Positions 1 through 12,236 of a stretch of DNA of 56,513 bases are shown here, piece by piece (positions within the stretch are counted from its first letter, which is position 1; every line of letters starts with the position of its first letter). The position numbers and the translations under genes are program-made. Location: the NCBI GenBank assembly GCA_002633005.1, contig NMRA01000051.1, positions 363,968 to 420,480 of the forward strand, given 5' to 3'. The stretch is from Phoronis australis (taxonomy: Eukaryota > Animalia > Phoronida). A model generated the notes under the pieces. That model had not been told where the DNA came from. It saw only the letters and a list, made by a program, of their open reading frames with translations, and searched no databases.

Positions 1-42
1 AGGGAGGGAGGGAAGGAGGGAGAGAGAGAGAGAGAGAGAGAG
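1..42. repeat. (GGGA)n/(GA)n purine microsatellite
   Basis: Directly visible: agggagggag...gagagagaga. Confidence 0.9.
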
Positions 43-1220
43 AAACTCAGTACACAGTAACTAGCTAACACATAAGGCGGTAATCACAAGCGTATTCGTT
101 CGCTTAAGCCAGAATAACATTGATATGACGTGGCAGTCTGCAATAACACATGCACTGCTTAAAGGTGAAAGCCACCCAAAAAACAATCAATTTAGATCGT
201 GTAGTTCCACTAGATAACAGAAAAGTCAGTTGTTTTACCTGACATCTGACGGGAAGTGTTGAAATTAAACAATGACGTAAGCGGTTCGAACAGAGTCTGT
301 TCAGTCGTTCATAACACGCTTACTGGTGTCAACTTATCGCTTGAATTCATCGTTTTACACCAATAAATCTTACAAATTCGATTTAAAACCCTTACAGATC
401 CGTCACGTTCTTGAGCAAACGGGTTGTTTTATTTCACTGTTACGGATTTTGTATAGGTATTTGAACGTACCGTAGCCTACAGAGTTTGGTAGACCAATTT
501 ACCATGGTCGATCGCGGGAGGTTGGGTCTGTTTGGTGAGAAAAGCGAATCATTCGTCCATGAAATACAGACAGCAGAACATAAATAAGTGTTGTATTTTA
601 GAGTTGCAATTTTTTCAGTTCTAAACACACAAAACGCTTGTTATCCCACCAGTGGCTCGAAACCCGATCAGGCCGTCGCGGCCGACGGAACTGAACATCA
701 CGAACATAAACCAGAAACCAGCTTAAGTTTGAAACTTAACCTCCATTCACGAAAACAGTAGAATAGTGAGCCAAAGAAATAATGAGCACGTAATTATTTA
801 GACGAATTAGTCACGAAAAGTGAAAATCTACTTAGGCTACTTGTCGGGGGCCGCGAAGTCAGGTTCCCTTTCCACAGAACCGTCAGTGCATAAGTTGTAC
901 AGCCAGTAACTATGATTTGAATAATGTATTTGTACATGTACATCTAAATAAAGATTCTCCTAACATGTGACCATAACATATAAAATCGAGTTATTGTTTC
1001 ACAACAGCTTTTTCTCAGCAAACACTGAATTAGCATGCGCTCACACGGCCTCGGCGCCGGTTTATTCATTGCTGGCTTCTCAAAACATTTGCACTCACGA
1101 ATGCTTCAAAGGCATTACAAATTATGTCTAATGAGGCAGACTTTGTTTGAGTTTATTTAAGCATTGGTTAGGGTGAGAATAATTCATTTTGAAACAGAAC
1201 ACAGAATAATAAACGTCAAC

Positions 1221-1733
1221 ATGGCAACTCGCAATCCCGACTTAGACGAGAGCTCAGCTGACGAAGACTCCACTGGTGGATCGTTAGGTTTCACAGTCTA
1301 CCAGTTCGAACCGGAATACACTGATCAAGAAATACTAGAGAGGCGCCGTGAACATGCACACGTCGGAACGTATGGATAGTTCTTTGGAAAGCCGTCATTC
1401 ATCAGAGAAATCATTGTCGACGAAATGCCGGCCACAGACACGGAGACGTTTCACTGCCTCATACTTGCTATTAACAGCGTTGCTTTCATTTTTCAATACC
1501 ATGAGCTACTTGCTAAGCATTTCGGGCTCTGGAGGAAGTCGAAAAAACAATATACCCGCTTTCTTCGTAGCTTCATAGTTTGTAAATGCGGGAACGATGC
1601 ACCGCAACATAGTGACATTAACTCTGCAGATGAACCACTGATGTCGCTGCGTCGTTTTTCACCTTCCTCCCAGGTTAACGCGACACCTCTCGGCAAGGTT
1701 AAGTTCACCGTATCCGAGGCGATGTGGGTATAG
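1221..1733 (+). pseudogene. KolX-like (P2X7 intracellular-domain-like) accessory ORF remnant
   Basis: MATRNPDLDESSADED...VYQFEPEYTDQEILERR matches the acidic N-terminus plus YxFEPE motif of KolX/P2X7-like proteins. After a stop it continues with MPATDTETFHC, resembling the MPT..E..CC motif. Confidence 0.5.
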
Positions 1734-1742
1734 ACTGATTAA

Positions 1743-2180
1743 AGACGAAGGCAACCTTTTTTAGCAAAAATAAGGTTTGTTGGTTATTCCAGACACATTT
1801 TTTACTTAAGTACAGCTTTTTGTATTTTAATTTGATTATTCGTTCTCTACTCCGGAAGTGACGCTTTGGGAGGCAAGAATTTCCCGCCTATTTCTTTTCG
1901 TGTAGTCTGACTATGACAGCTGCCGAGTCAGTCATTGTTCTATCTCAGTTTTCATAAGTTCGGTCATCGTGTGATTTTGTTCACGATTCAGTCAACATAC
2001 TACACTGTTGCTGCGTACAGAAATTGGCGAAATCCTTGCCTCCCAAAACGTCACTTCCGCAGTAGAGAACGAATAATTAATCAAAGTATGAAAAGCTGTA
2101 GTTAAGTGGAAAACATGTCTGGGATAGTCATCGAACCTTATTTTTGCTAAAAATGACATGAAAAAAGATTGCTTTTGCCT
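1743..2180. mobile_element. Non-autonomous TTAA MITE nested in the Kolobok-like element
   Basis: ~150-bp imperfect inverted arms (1743-1890 vs ~2025-2180; e.g. TTATTCGTTCTCTACTCCGGAAGTGACG vs CGTCACTTCCGCAGTAGAGAACGAATAA). TTAA flanks at 1739-1742 and 2181-2184. Confidence 0.75.
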
Positions 2181-5100
2181 TTAAGAAAGTAAAAATTAGC
2201 AATTAAATCGGATAGCATTCTCCTTTAAAATAAAGGAAGAAGTCAGCGAGAGCACACATCCCGAACTGGTATTATTTTGTATGTACATGTACAGGATGTA
2301 CGCTGATCTCTTGAAGTCGCTCAATCAAATGAAGTGCACTCACGTGAGACTTGAGAACAAATTCTACAGCAACCGCTAGTTCTCATTTTTACGGACAAGT
2401 GTTCAGTGCTTCACTTAGGTGTTTAATGTTGGTAAATGAAAACCGGTGATAGGTCAGTGAAAGGAAAAGGACAACACTCTTAACCTACGTGTTTTAAGGA
2501 TTTAATTGGGCGTCCGTACTGTCGTATCCCGATTGTCGGAGATGATAGAATAGGAATTATTGACGGGAAGTTTTACTTTGTCTGAAGACAGTGATAACCT
2601 CTGCTTGTGATTCACAGAAGGTCATTAGTATTTTGGTAGAATATTGCAGTTGCTGAGGTGCAGCGCCAATGACTACATGTTTTTTCTCAACGTTTGCAAA
2701 AGGTTTATAAGTGTTTGGGGATCTGAATCAGATTCTTATGGAACTACACGTTACATAACGTTCAAAACCGCCGATATACAGTACACTGTTTGGCTTCTGA
2801 GTTTACTGTCTCACCTAAAAATTTATTACACAGATCTGATGGCATCTCTAATGCATATACACGTACACTGAAACCAGAAAAGATATGACAATTTTTTACA
2901 GACCCTATTCACAACTGAGCATTTGTGGTCCCAACGAGCAGTTTTACTGCGGTTATGGACGAGGACGAGTGACATCAACGGATGTAGTTAAAGATCGAGT
3001 TTAGTGATCGTAGTTGAAGGTCGGCTACGAAATAAACGCAGCTCCTTGTACATCAGTCATTCAGAAAAGCAAAGCTACAGTACAAGCTACTGCTAAATTG
3101 TGCTACACATGATAGATATTCCAAGCTACCATGTATGAAGTTTGTCATCAGCACCTGTACATAATGTACACACCATGTTCTACGTTGTCCCTCACTGAGT
3201 GTGCGACGGCATGTTTGTACTTCCACTCTGCGAGTCCAGAGACTGAGCCTGACTGTAACGTGAAGAAAAGATTTCAGTTTTATTTAAAAACACTTGAGTC
3301 CACATCGCTTTTAATTTAAACTCTGGGTGACCGTGGTGGGAGATCTTCACCAATGTGGCAGTTGCTTGCAGTTGCGAGCGACAGTACTTCACCTGCCGCC
3401 AGACGCCCTTAATTCAGCGCCAAAGGAGCTACTGTCGACTATACTTTAGCATGACTATCAGCGTTCAAAACGAATTAGTATTTTTGCGTGTCTGAAATAA
3501 ATTTGTTGAATCTACATTGTATCCATATTGCACCCTCCAAGTATCGGCCGAAGAGCAGACGGTGCTCGATAAGTTGGTGACGTTACACCAGACAAGCTCA
3601 TTATACAGAGTAGGGTCCTTAATAGATGCGGGTACCCGGGTACACGCTGCATACATGTACATGTACATTGTATCTATGGCTTAAAGGTTATGCAGAACCC
3701 TAGAAAATGTCCAAATTAGGCTAACTTCCGAATATCATAACTCTGATTGGATTCATGTTAAACTTTTAGATATTTTGCATATAAGTGCTTCATGCACTGT
3801 TATCTAAAACGCTGACAGGAATTGTTTTAAAATTGTTCTCCAATTGCAGGAAATGTTACCAAACTTAGAACTTTTTTGATTTTCATGAAAAAATATATAT
3901 TTTAGAAAATGTTAACAACGTTTTCGAGATATCACCTTGAAATATGCTACCCAAGCCCTCTCCTAATGGACATAGTCACGTGACTCGATGAATAATAAAT
4001 CAAATTTTTCAGACTTTAAACTTTCAGAAAACATATTATTTTACTGGTTGAAATGAAAAAAGTTGGTGGGTCAAGTTTGCAAACCTTCAACTTCAAAGTG
4101 GTATAAATGAGAAGGGATTGCCACAATTGGTATTCATTTTTTTCTTTATTTGAAATTTTTTTAAATAAATCAAGTTCAGAAATTTGATCTCTGCCCGGTT
4201 AAGGAAGTACCGGCATCCTTGGTCAGTGGAAAAATTTTGGCACGAATACAGTTACTTTTAAGACAAGTGGAAATTGGCAAAAATCTGAACGTTCATGACA
4301 TAATTAAACATCGATTTCTAGAATCTAGGGTGCAAGAGCATTGGATTGGCGTCTTCTTTGCACCAGAGCAGTGGTGAATTTGTGATTTAATTTGCGAGGA
4401 GGCCAAAATCACATTGTGGAGCATGAGAGCACCATGTGAAATTCCTAGGGGTCAACACAAGGTCAAGAAGAATTTGTTGCAGACGGTGGTGAGATCAGCT
4501 GAAGAAGCGTCGTGGTTGCTAGGGTTACAACGAGAGAACAGGTGGCACTCCTAGTGATGATCGAAATCTGACCAATTTCGGGGACCCGGCATCCGAGAGG
4601 ATTTTAGATAAGTCGTCGAAATTATAGATGAGGATGCATTCTAGCTGATGGCAGCACTTGGAGAGACACACACATTATTTGAGTTTCAGGTGATTTTAAG
4701 TTTGGATTCATGCAACATCTGACACTTCTAAAATATCGTTTGTGTTTGACGAACACTTTTAGATGAGAGAAAAGACCTTAACGTTTTACGCTACTGAAGT
4801 TAAACATTCATTTTTAATTGACCCTGAGCATGGGGTAATATACACACTGACTAAATTGCCAGGCGTTACAGTATTCAGTTGAAACTCGAGTTGTTAAAAA
4901 GAATTGTGCTCTCTGATTATTGTGTAACCGTTCCGTGTTCACATTGTTCTTCAGTACGATTCGTTGCTGGTAAAAGTAACTGAAGGTCGGTCGTTCTTGA
5001 ATGTAGGTGTAAAAGCTATTTCCTCTCAAACTTTGGTCCTTATAACGTTCTGACTGTTGATAGCATTTTCCGTTTTTGTACTCTTTTGGTACTGAACATG

Positions 5101-7847
5101 GGGCACCGTAATCTCCTGGTATGAGGTAGCTTTTAGAAAAAAAACGTTTCTACCACAGCACCAATTTTTCGCGGAGGAAACGAGACGAGATTCTTGTTTG
5201 CGGTACCAGCGTTTTACTTACAATGAACGACGGAATCATTTTATGCCTAAAAAACACCCCCCACCTCGTGTTCGGAAATATTTTGACGAGAACAGCGCAA
5301 AGTTCGTTGGTGCATGTCTTTGAATATTGTCGGCTTCTTTTCTTTTTTTGGCAGTTCTTGTGGAGAAGTCGTCAGTTCACCGCTTTACCGACGGGTACCA
5401 ATAAAAGTGAAGGTAAACCAGTAAGGTCGGTGATTGAACTAGTGCTGAAGGAGAATATCTTTTCTGTCAAACAATTTGCCTCACGCGTTACAGGTATATA
5501 ATTCGCGCTTGTTCTGTGGGGCAGTGTCTCTTTAAGGACTTTGGAAGCTCCAGTATAGATTTCCAAAAGCATATTACGCGTGGCCGTCCAGTGGCTACTA
5601 CAAATAATACCACGGTTGGTACAAAATATGATAAAATATTTCATTTACTGCAACAATTCAACTTGCGTTTTCCGTGTATTGATCAGAAAACGAAACGTCG
5701 CTCAAATTCCAACACGACTTTATGCTGCGACAGTTTGTTGGCAGTGATGCTCGTACGACTGTGTTTGGTTGAAACTTTTCCGGTTCCGTCTTTGTTTATC
5801 GTATGTCGTCTCATTATAAAACCATAAAGTGTGATTCGTTGACCCAGATTTCCAATAGTGCGAATGGTATCGACATTTATCGGAACTTTCTTAAAACCAA
5901 AGTCTCTTGGTCGAGTGTCAATGAAGGCTCCCGTTTGCGAGAGAATAACGTGTACATGTTAAAGAGAGATCGGCATTGAAACGATAGTTTTGGAAGACGA
6001 TGTGGACACATTTGCATGATCACCTGGACTTTCAACTGAATATCGCAATAACGTAATCGATGTTATGCAAGTTAGTCCAAGCGTGTAAATTGCCACATAT
6101 TCAGTATGCATTAAAAATCAAGTTTTAAATTCCTTAACACAAAATAGTGAAGTTCTTGTCTATTATCTAAAAGTGTTTGTCAAATAGAAGAGATGTTGGA
6201 AAGATATTTTGGAGGCAAATGTATCAGAAGCCACATGTACATGAATGTATGATTGGTTACGAGCAGGTGCTAACAGGCATATTTATTTTTTTTCTTATTT
6301 GTAGACATTGTCCGTTATATGTGTGCTATTAAGTCCTCGTTCACTCTTGCTATTTTGATCCATGAACTTTCTGTTTGACCGATTATGACAACGGAGCTGC
6401 ACGCTTGGCCTATTTTGGACCTATAAGAACTCTTTTTAAGTGAGTCAATGATATGGCATGTGCTAATTCAGTACCTGGTAGTATGCATTGACGCGTGTAA
6501 GAACAACAAATACTCCAGATATCTGTTTTATGTTCAGGTGTGACATAGATGACCATTTTTGTGCATTTACCTGTCAATCTGTTTTAAATAAATGATTCAT
6601 TTGTCACAATTTGTTGACAACAATAAAATGCCAGCCGACGATGAGCCATTTTCGTCACAGGCTCATCTCGTGGGGCTGACGCTTGTAATAGCAGCTTGAG
6701 GGACCATTTATTAATACTGCTCCGACAAATTGCAGATTTTTTCATCCTTCACGTGCTCAGGAGTAGTCTAACATGTTTTCGTCGAAAATATAAAGTAACA
6801 TGATCAATGCCCTATCCAGAAAAAATGAGAATAGCCTCCATCCATCACAAATGTTTGACTGCACAGAAAAAACCAACTTCGTCAAACGCTGGCTACTATC
6901 AAACAGAGAGAGGGAGTAGGACAGTTACAGGGAGACGGAGAGAGAGAGGATGGAGGGGGAGGATTGGGAAAAGAATTTGTCCATGCGTGTATACAGCCGT
7001 GCGTGCTCGTGTGCTCGTGTTGTTATGGCGTGGTTATACACTTTTAAAGGTGATTATGATGAGTGTGGCTTTAAGGACCAAAAAAGACGAGTGACCCCTG
7101 TTGTCAAGTGGCTGCACGAACTATGCGATACAACCAATGACATTTATAAAAGCTGAGAGATGGAGGCAGATTTAGGGGACATGCCTTTTTACTGTTGATG
7201 CAAATGCATTTCCTTCAAAAATTCATCATAGTTCACCCTAACGACGCCCTAGATCCTCCACTGGCCAGTTAGTTTTATCCGTAAATTGTGATTTATTAGC
7301 AGTTATAAATATGTTAAAATCGTGACACAGTCACGGGCAATTACCTGCGGAGCGAAGGAGGATAAGTGAAATATATACTTTGAAAGATGTGCTAAAAATT
7401 GATAACTTTCATTGCATGCCTTGGAGAGGTAAAACTTTGTCTTTTACTTTGATTTTTTTAAAGAATTTTCTAATTGAACACACTGTGTACCCCGTTGGCA
7501 TCTTTTAACTATTCGATACCATTCGAACTATTATTTGATACTTTTTAGTTTTGTTGCATTGTCATACAAATTTCAATATCTGTGCAAAATTGATGTTTTT
7601 GTCCTGCTGTGAACAGCGTGAAGTCTAGAAACAAATGCAGTGATAGTAATAGTTAGTGAATGCATCATGATGATGATGATATAATTATGGTGATTTGAGA
7701 TGGAACGGGGACCTCTCTCTTTTAAAACCCAGGTATGTGTCTTGTACTCGTTGGAAACTGTGAAGCCATAGTCGTATTATGAGTTTTCCTTAAGGGGCTC
7801 GACACAGCTTTAATTTAACCTTGGAATTTCTGACATTTGTATTTTAA

Positions 7848-8399
7848 AGAGCCTCGGAACGCCATAAACAGATTAAATTGCAACACTGAAAGTGGTTTTA
7901 TGCCACTGAAACAGAACTCAATCTGCTCACTAGGTAGTTTTAGGGTTTGTTCGTAAAGACTTTTAATTTCTGCTGACACCAAAGCATTTTTTTTCTGTTT
8001 CAAATTTCAAAAAAAACGAGATTTCAACTGCTCGCCACTTCGTCGATTTTACTCCCTGAACGCAAAGCACGTCTCCTTATTTGGTGTGGCAAGGCATAGA
8101 CGTAGCACATTTTCCTTATATGGAAAGTGTGGACTTTGACCTCAAGCTACTTCAAGCAACTGACTGTGAACGCGTGTGCGCATTTATCAAAAGCACGAAG
8201 GAAATTAAAAAGTCTGTTTTAAACACAGATTTCTACCTTCGCGCGTATTTCGAAAATAGTGAGTTTTGTGGTTTTTATGAAAATTTGCTCTCAGAAGATA
8301 ATGAATTACTCTTAACTAGACGTTGCGAGATGGCACTTTCGTCAGGAATAATTATTGATTAAAATATATTTTTGACGAGCTTTCGGGTTCCGTGCCTCT
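7848..8399. mobile_element. TTAA-flanked non-autonomous element of a dispersed repeat family
   Basis: TTAA|AGAGCCTCGGAAC ... GTTCCGTGCCTCT|TTAT. Internal 8000-8140 recurs at ~13605-13750 (direct) and ~19600-19650 (inverted). Confidence 0.55.
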
Positions 8400-10440
8400 T
8401 TATTGCTTGCCTACGACGAATCTCTAAAACACATGGGTTTCACCGAATTAGATATTCCGTTACAGCTGCGTAAATACAGTAAATATACTTTGATAAAATA
8501 TGAAATTTAAAGGAGTTCCTGAGAAGTCACGTCAAATTAAATTACTGATGTAAATCCTTTAAAAAGCGAACAATTTCATTTTGAGATCTCGGTCAGTTTA
8601 CACACTCTCCTATCTTCCGGCGTGCAGTTCTACAGTTGTGCCTTCGACAAGGTTTATGTTTCGTTTCGAAAACATGTAGGCGGTCGCAGACTTTATTTTT
8701 GAACCATTCCAGCTCAAACAATGTCAAACATCAGTGAGATTTTACTTTCTCAAAGTCAAGTGAGCAGATTTCAAGATTCCGATCACCCTGTTGCATTTCA
8801 CAGCGATTATGTTATGTCGTTGGGAAAGTGACAAAAGTTAGTTGACAAAAAACATTTGAAACAAGTTTTACTTAAAGAAATTCAAACTTGCCGTTTGAAT
8901 TAGATCTAAGAAACAGTGATTTCAACGATTACCGGGATGTTACAACATGCTATGACGAAGCCATCAGTAACTACGGGGTAATCTTCAAGATCTCCGTTAG
9001 TGAAAAATTGCAGTTGTTGCAATCTGGAGCCGAAGGGTACGTCGACATTTTAGATTTACCGATGAGACGGAGTTAAATTCATCAAGGGACGATTGAATGA
9101 GAAGGCCTTCTTTTTGACTGGACAGGTGTAATTGACAGTGAGTAACTAAACCGTGAACAACGAACGGTACAAGATCATAATAATTAATTAATCGCCTGAC
9201 TGCTTTCTATCTGACTGGAGGACTTGGATTTTAAACCCCGCTCACAAAAAGAGGTATTTAAACACACTCTTGTATTCTACCTAATTTGTTTGAAAATTGT
9301 TTTTTCACCTGTGCACAGGTGTACAATCATCTCTAGGCTAATCAGCTATTTCTTGACTGGCAGTAGAACAATTTCTCAATTAATTGAAATAGTCCACACC
9401 ATTTACCCTGAATTTCTGAAAGGCAACAATGTCAGGTTCGTCTTTCAATGTTTGACGTTGTACTCCAAAACTTATTAGTTAAATTATAATCTTTTGGCTG
9501 CCCATAAACTATAGTTCACAACACTCCTCCTGTTCAGTTTACATTTTCGATCATTTAATCGGAAAACTCTTAATTTTAAGCAGAGGTGGTATTGATTGTA
9601 AGTTTTTGTCATGCTTTAAATTATGTTTTGCAAGCTCTACGATTAGCATAACGTTTTTTTATGAAACGGAAAATAAGGAGTGTTTCGCGTGCGCATTGGC
9701 AATCAATTTCCCCCTTTCGTCGCCAATATTCCGACCACCGATTCCCTTCCCGAGGCAAGCGAACACGATCGGGCTTACGTACTTTTGCCAAAAGATTCCC
9801 CTCAGTTTAGGTCTTGTAGTACTTGGCGTGCGTGCTTGTACCTTCGCGGTGAGGCACGGCACTTAGTGCTGGCTGCGGGAGATCCAACGTATTTTCATAA
9901 TTTCAACTTGCATCTACATGTACATGTACATTAAACAGAAGGTGTCATATGCAGAGGAACAGTTTAAATTGCTGACAATACATGGTAAAATCTGTATAAA
10001 GAGGACCAAAACGAGCATCAAATACAATCAAACAACAAAACGGCGATTTTACGTTTATGTGGTAATGTCGTACTCCGGCAACCGGAAATAAATATAGAAT
10101 TTTGCCAGTGTTTCTCGTACATGACACAAGACAAAATTTCAACATGGTTGTAATTACGTTAGTTAGGCGGCGGGTATTCGTTATTTTGTCTCCAATCAAT
10201 CGTAATTTGAATTTCACAAGTCCCTAATTTGTAGCGGTATTGTTTCATCGTGTTGACACTTTCGCGTAAATTGTTGCGGACAAATAAAACAACAATAATA
10301 ATAAATATTTTAAGTTGTATTGGGAATTTCAGGTTCACAGCTCTACAAATAAATATTTGACAGAAGGAACCAGATGGGTTCCTTAATTACAAGAGATAAC
10401 ACACACATTTCCGATACCCAAAGTGTAATTGAGTATCGGA

Positions 10441-10630
10441 TACTAAGTGGCACAGGTTAGCATAGTACCAATTGGGTACATAATACCAAATGGGTATTGG
10501 CCGATTGCCTACCAAGTGGGTCGAGCAAAGCGGCAAATTCAATAACAACTACCAAGTGGGTACAAACTGCCAAATGGGCAAATATCATATAAAGTACCAA
10601 GTGGGTACACCAAACATCCAACTGGGCTAT
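10441..10630. repeat. Array of ~8 copies of TACCAANTGGGTA with variable spacers
   Basis: Copies: taccaattgggta, taccaaatgggta, taccaagtgggtc, taccaagtgggta, tgccaaatgggca, taccaagtgggta, atccaactgggct, plus a degenerate tactaagtggca. Confidence 0.7.
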
Positions 10631-12172
10631 AACAACCTGCAAAGCAGGTTCCGGACAAGCTGAGTGAGCAGACCAGCCGGAGTGATAAAAAGAGATATTG
10701 TAAGGAACGTGGTGTTGTGGCTCAGTATGTGCCGAGAGCTGTGACCGGGGTGGAGAGAAGCAAGCTGCAGTAATGGATGCTCAAGTACAGGTCTGGTCGC
10801 TAGCCAATGACGTCGGTTCTTGCCTGACGGTAACACGCTCCGGGCTTGAAGAAGGTACCAGCAGTGACTGTGAAAACAACAATAGCCAACAGCACATTTT
10901 GTTCGGCACAAGGAATGGAGCGTGGGAAAAGTAGAAAGCGGTTGACGTGAAATTTTATGATACCCCGGGTAGGGAGGGCGGGAGAGGTATAAACTTGTCT
11001 AATTAGGAAAATTAAGAGTGAATGTACTGTTGCTTCAAGCTGGGCCAACAGGAAGCTGGAGAGAAAGAACAAACAGTGCAACCATCGGACTTGGTAGAAA
11101 CTAACTAGGAGTTGGATATGAAGCATGAAGGGCTGTATTTGCCCAAATAATAGGATTTATGTCAGAGTGCCATAAATCTCACTATTCAAATTGTGAAAAA
11201 TTCGAGACGGGATTCAGACACATGTCGTGTCTAATTTGTAAGGATGGCTTAAGTGTGATTTATTGAAATACTTAAAGATTCGCAAGTCTTTGAAATAAGA
11301 AAACGTGCAACTGCAATGGAACATTTTGGAGACTTCTTGTGTAATTTGTCATAGCACTACTTTATTGTTTGTGCTGCGACTGCCGACGTTGGAGTTTTCA
11401 AATTTGTCTTGAAGCTATTATAATGATTCTCAGTTTCATTAAGTTACAATTGTTGCAAAGCCTCACTTTTCCTGTCGCAGAGAATGATTGAAAATCATGC
11501 GATTTTGGTTACTTTTACCAGTGACGGAATTGTTGCATGTGTCGGAAATCGGTTTCTGAGCCTTTCACATTAGTTCCAGATTGCCAGAAAGTGAGAATAA
11601 TGGGAGATAACTTTGAAATGGTTTATTGTTACTGTCGATCTTAGACAACAACTTATCAACCCCTATATGTTTATAGGAATTTACAAAACAGGCGCCTCAC
11701 TTTCCCAACATTCAATTCTGTTTCTGGTTTCTGTCAATCGACGGAGTTGCCCGAAGTAAACCGTACCATCACACTAGGCGCCGCTCGTGAATTGTGATGC
11801 CGAAGCCAATGGTGAACTTGTGTGCGAGCTACTAACCAGAAACAGTCGCAAGTTCCAAAATTTCATCATTCCACTTTTGCCTAACTTTCCCAAACATATC
11901 AATCCAGTATTGTTTCAAGTGTATATTGCTGGCACCCAGCATGACTTGTTTTTTCGTATTTTTGTCTCTCTGAGCTGTCTCAGCCCCGTGAAAAATTGGG
12001 GTCGGTCTAAGTGAGTAAAATTAATGAATTCGGAATGAATACGTGTGCACTGGGATTAGTACTGGAAACTGATAGCCTCCAATTATCCTTTTTCAAATGA
12101 TATTCGATTTAATTACTAGCCATAGAAATCCATGCTTATTTTCTGCTTTTCTTTTCTAGTTTTTGCACAACA

Positions 12173-12236
12173 ATGAAGTTTCTCATGGTCTTGTTGCTGA
12201 GCCTTCTGGCCGCTATTTCTGTTGTTCACAGCTTTG
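12173..12236 (+). CDS. Triple-knottin precursor exon 1 (signal peptide)
   Basis: Acceptor ttttctag ends at 12159. ATG at 12173, MKFLMVLLLSLLAAISVVHSF, donor G|GTAAGT in phase 1. Confidence 0.85.

Larger units (their letters stand above)
163..2224. mobile_element. Degenerate Kolobok-like DNA transposon (TTAA target, imperfect TIRs)
   Basis: Left end TTAA|AGGTGAAAGCCACCC (159-177) is an imperfect inverted match of right end GGATAGCATTCTCCT|TTAA (2210-2228). TTAA TSD with AG...CT termini fits Kolobok. It contains a KolX-like remnant on + and a weak THAP-like remnant on - (~560-690: W..KRFV, YLCS). Confidence 0.6.

Noticed and set aside
5223-5827. Cluster of 90-103-aa ORFs
   Set aside because: No recognisable domain or consistent exon structure.
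10441-10630. CRISPR-like repeat-spacer look
   Set aside because: Repeats are only ~13 bp, spacers are irregular, the context is eukaryotic and there are no cas genes.
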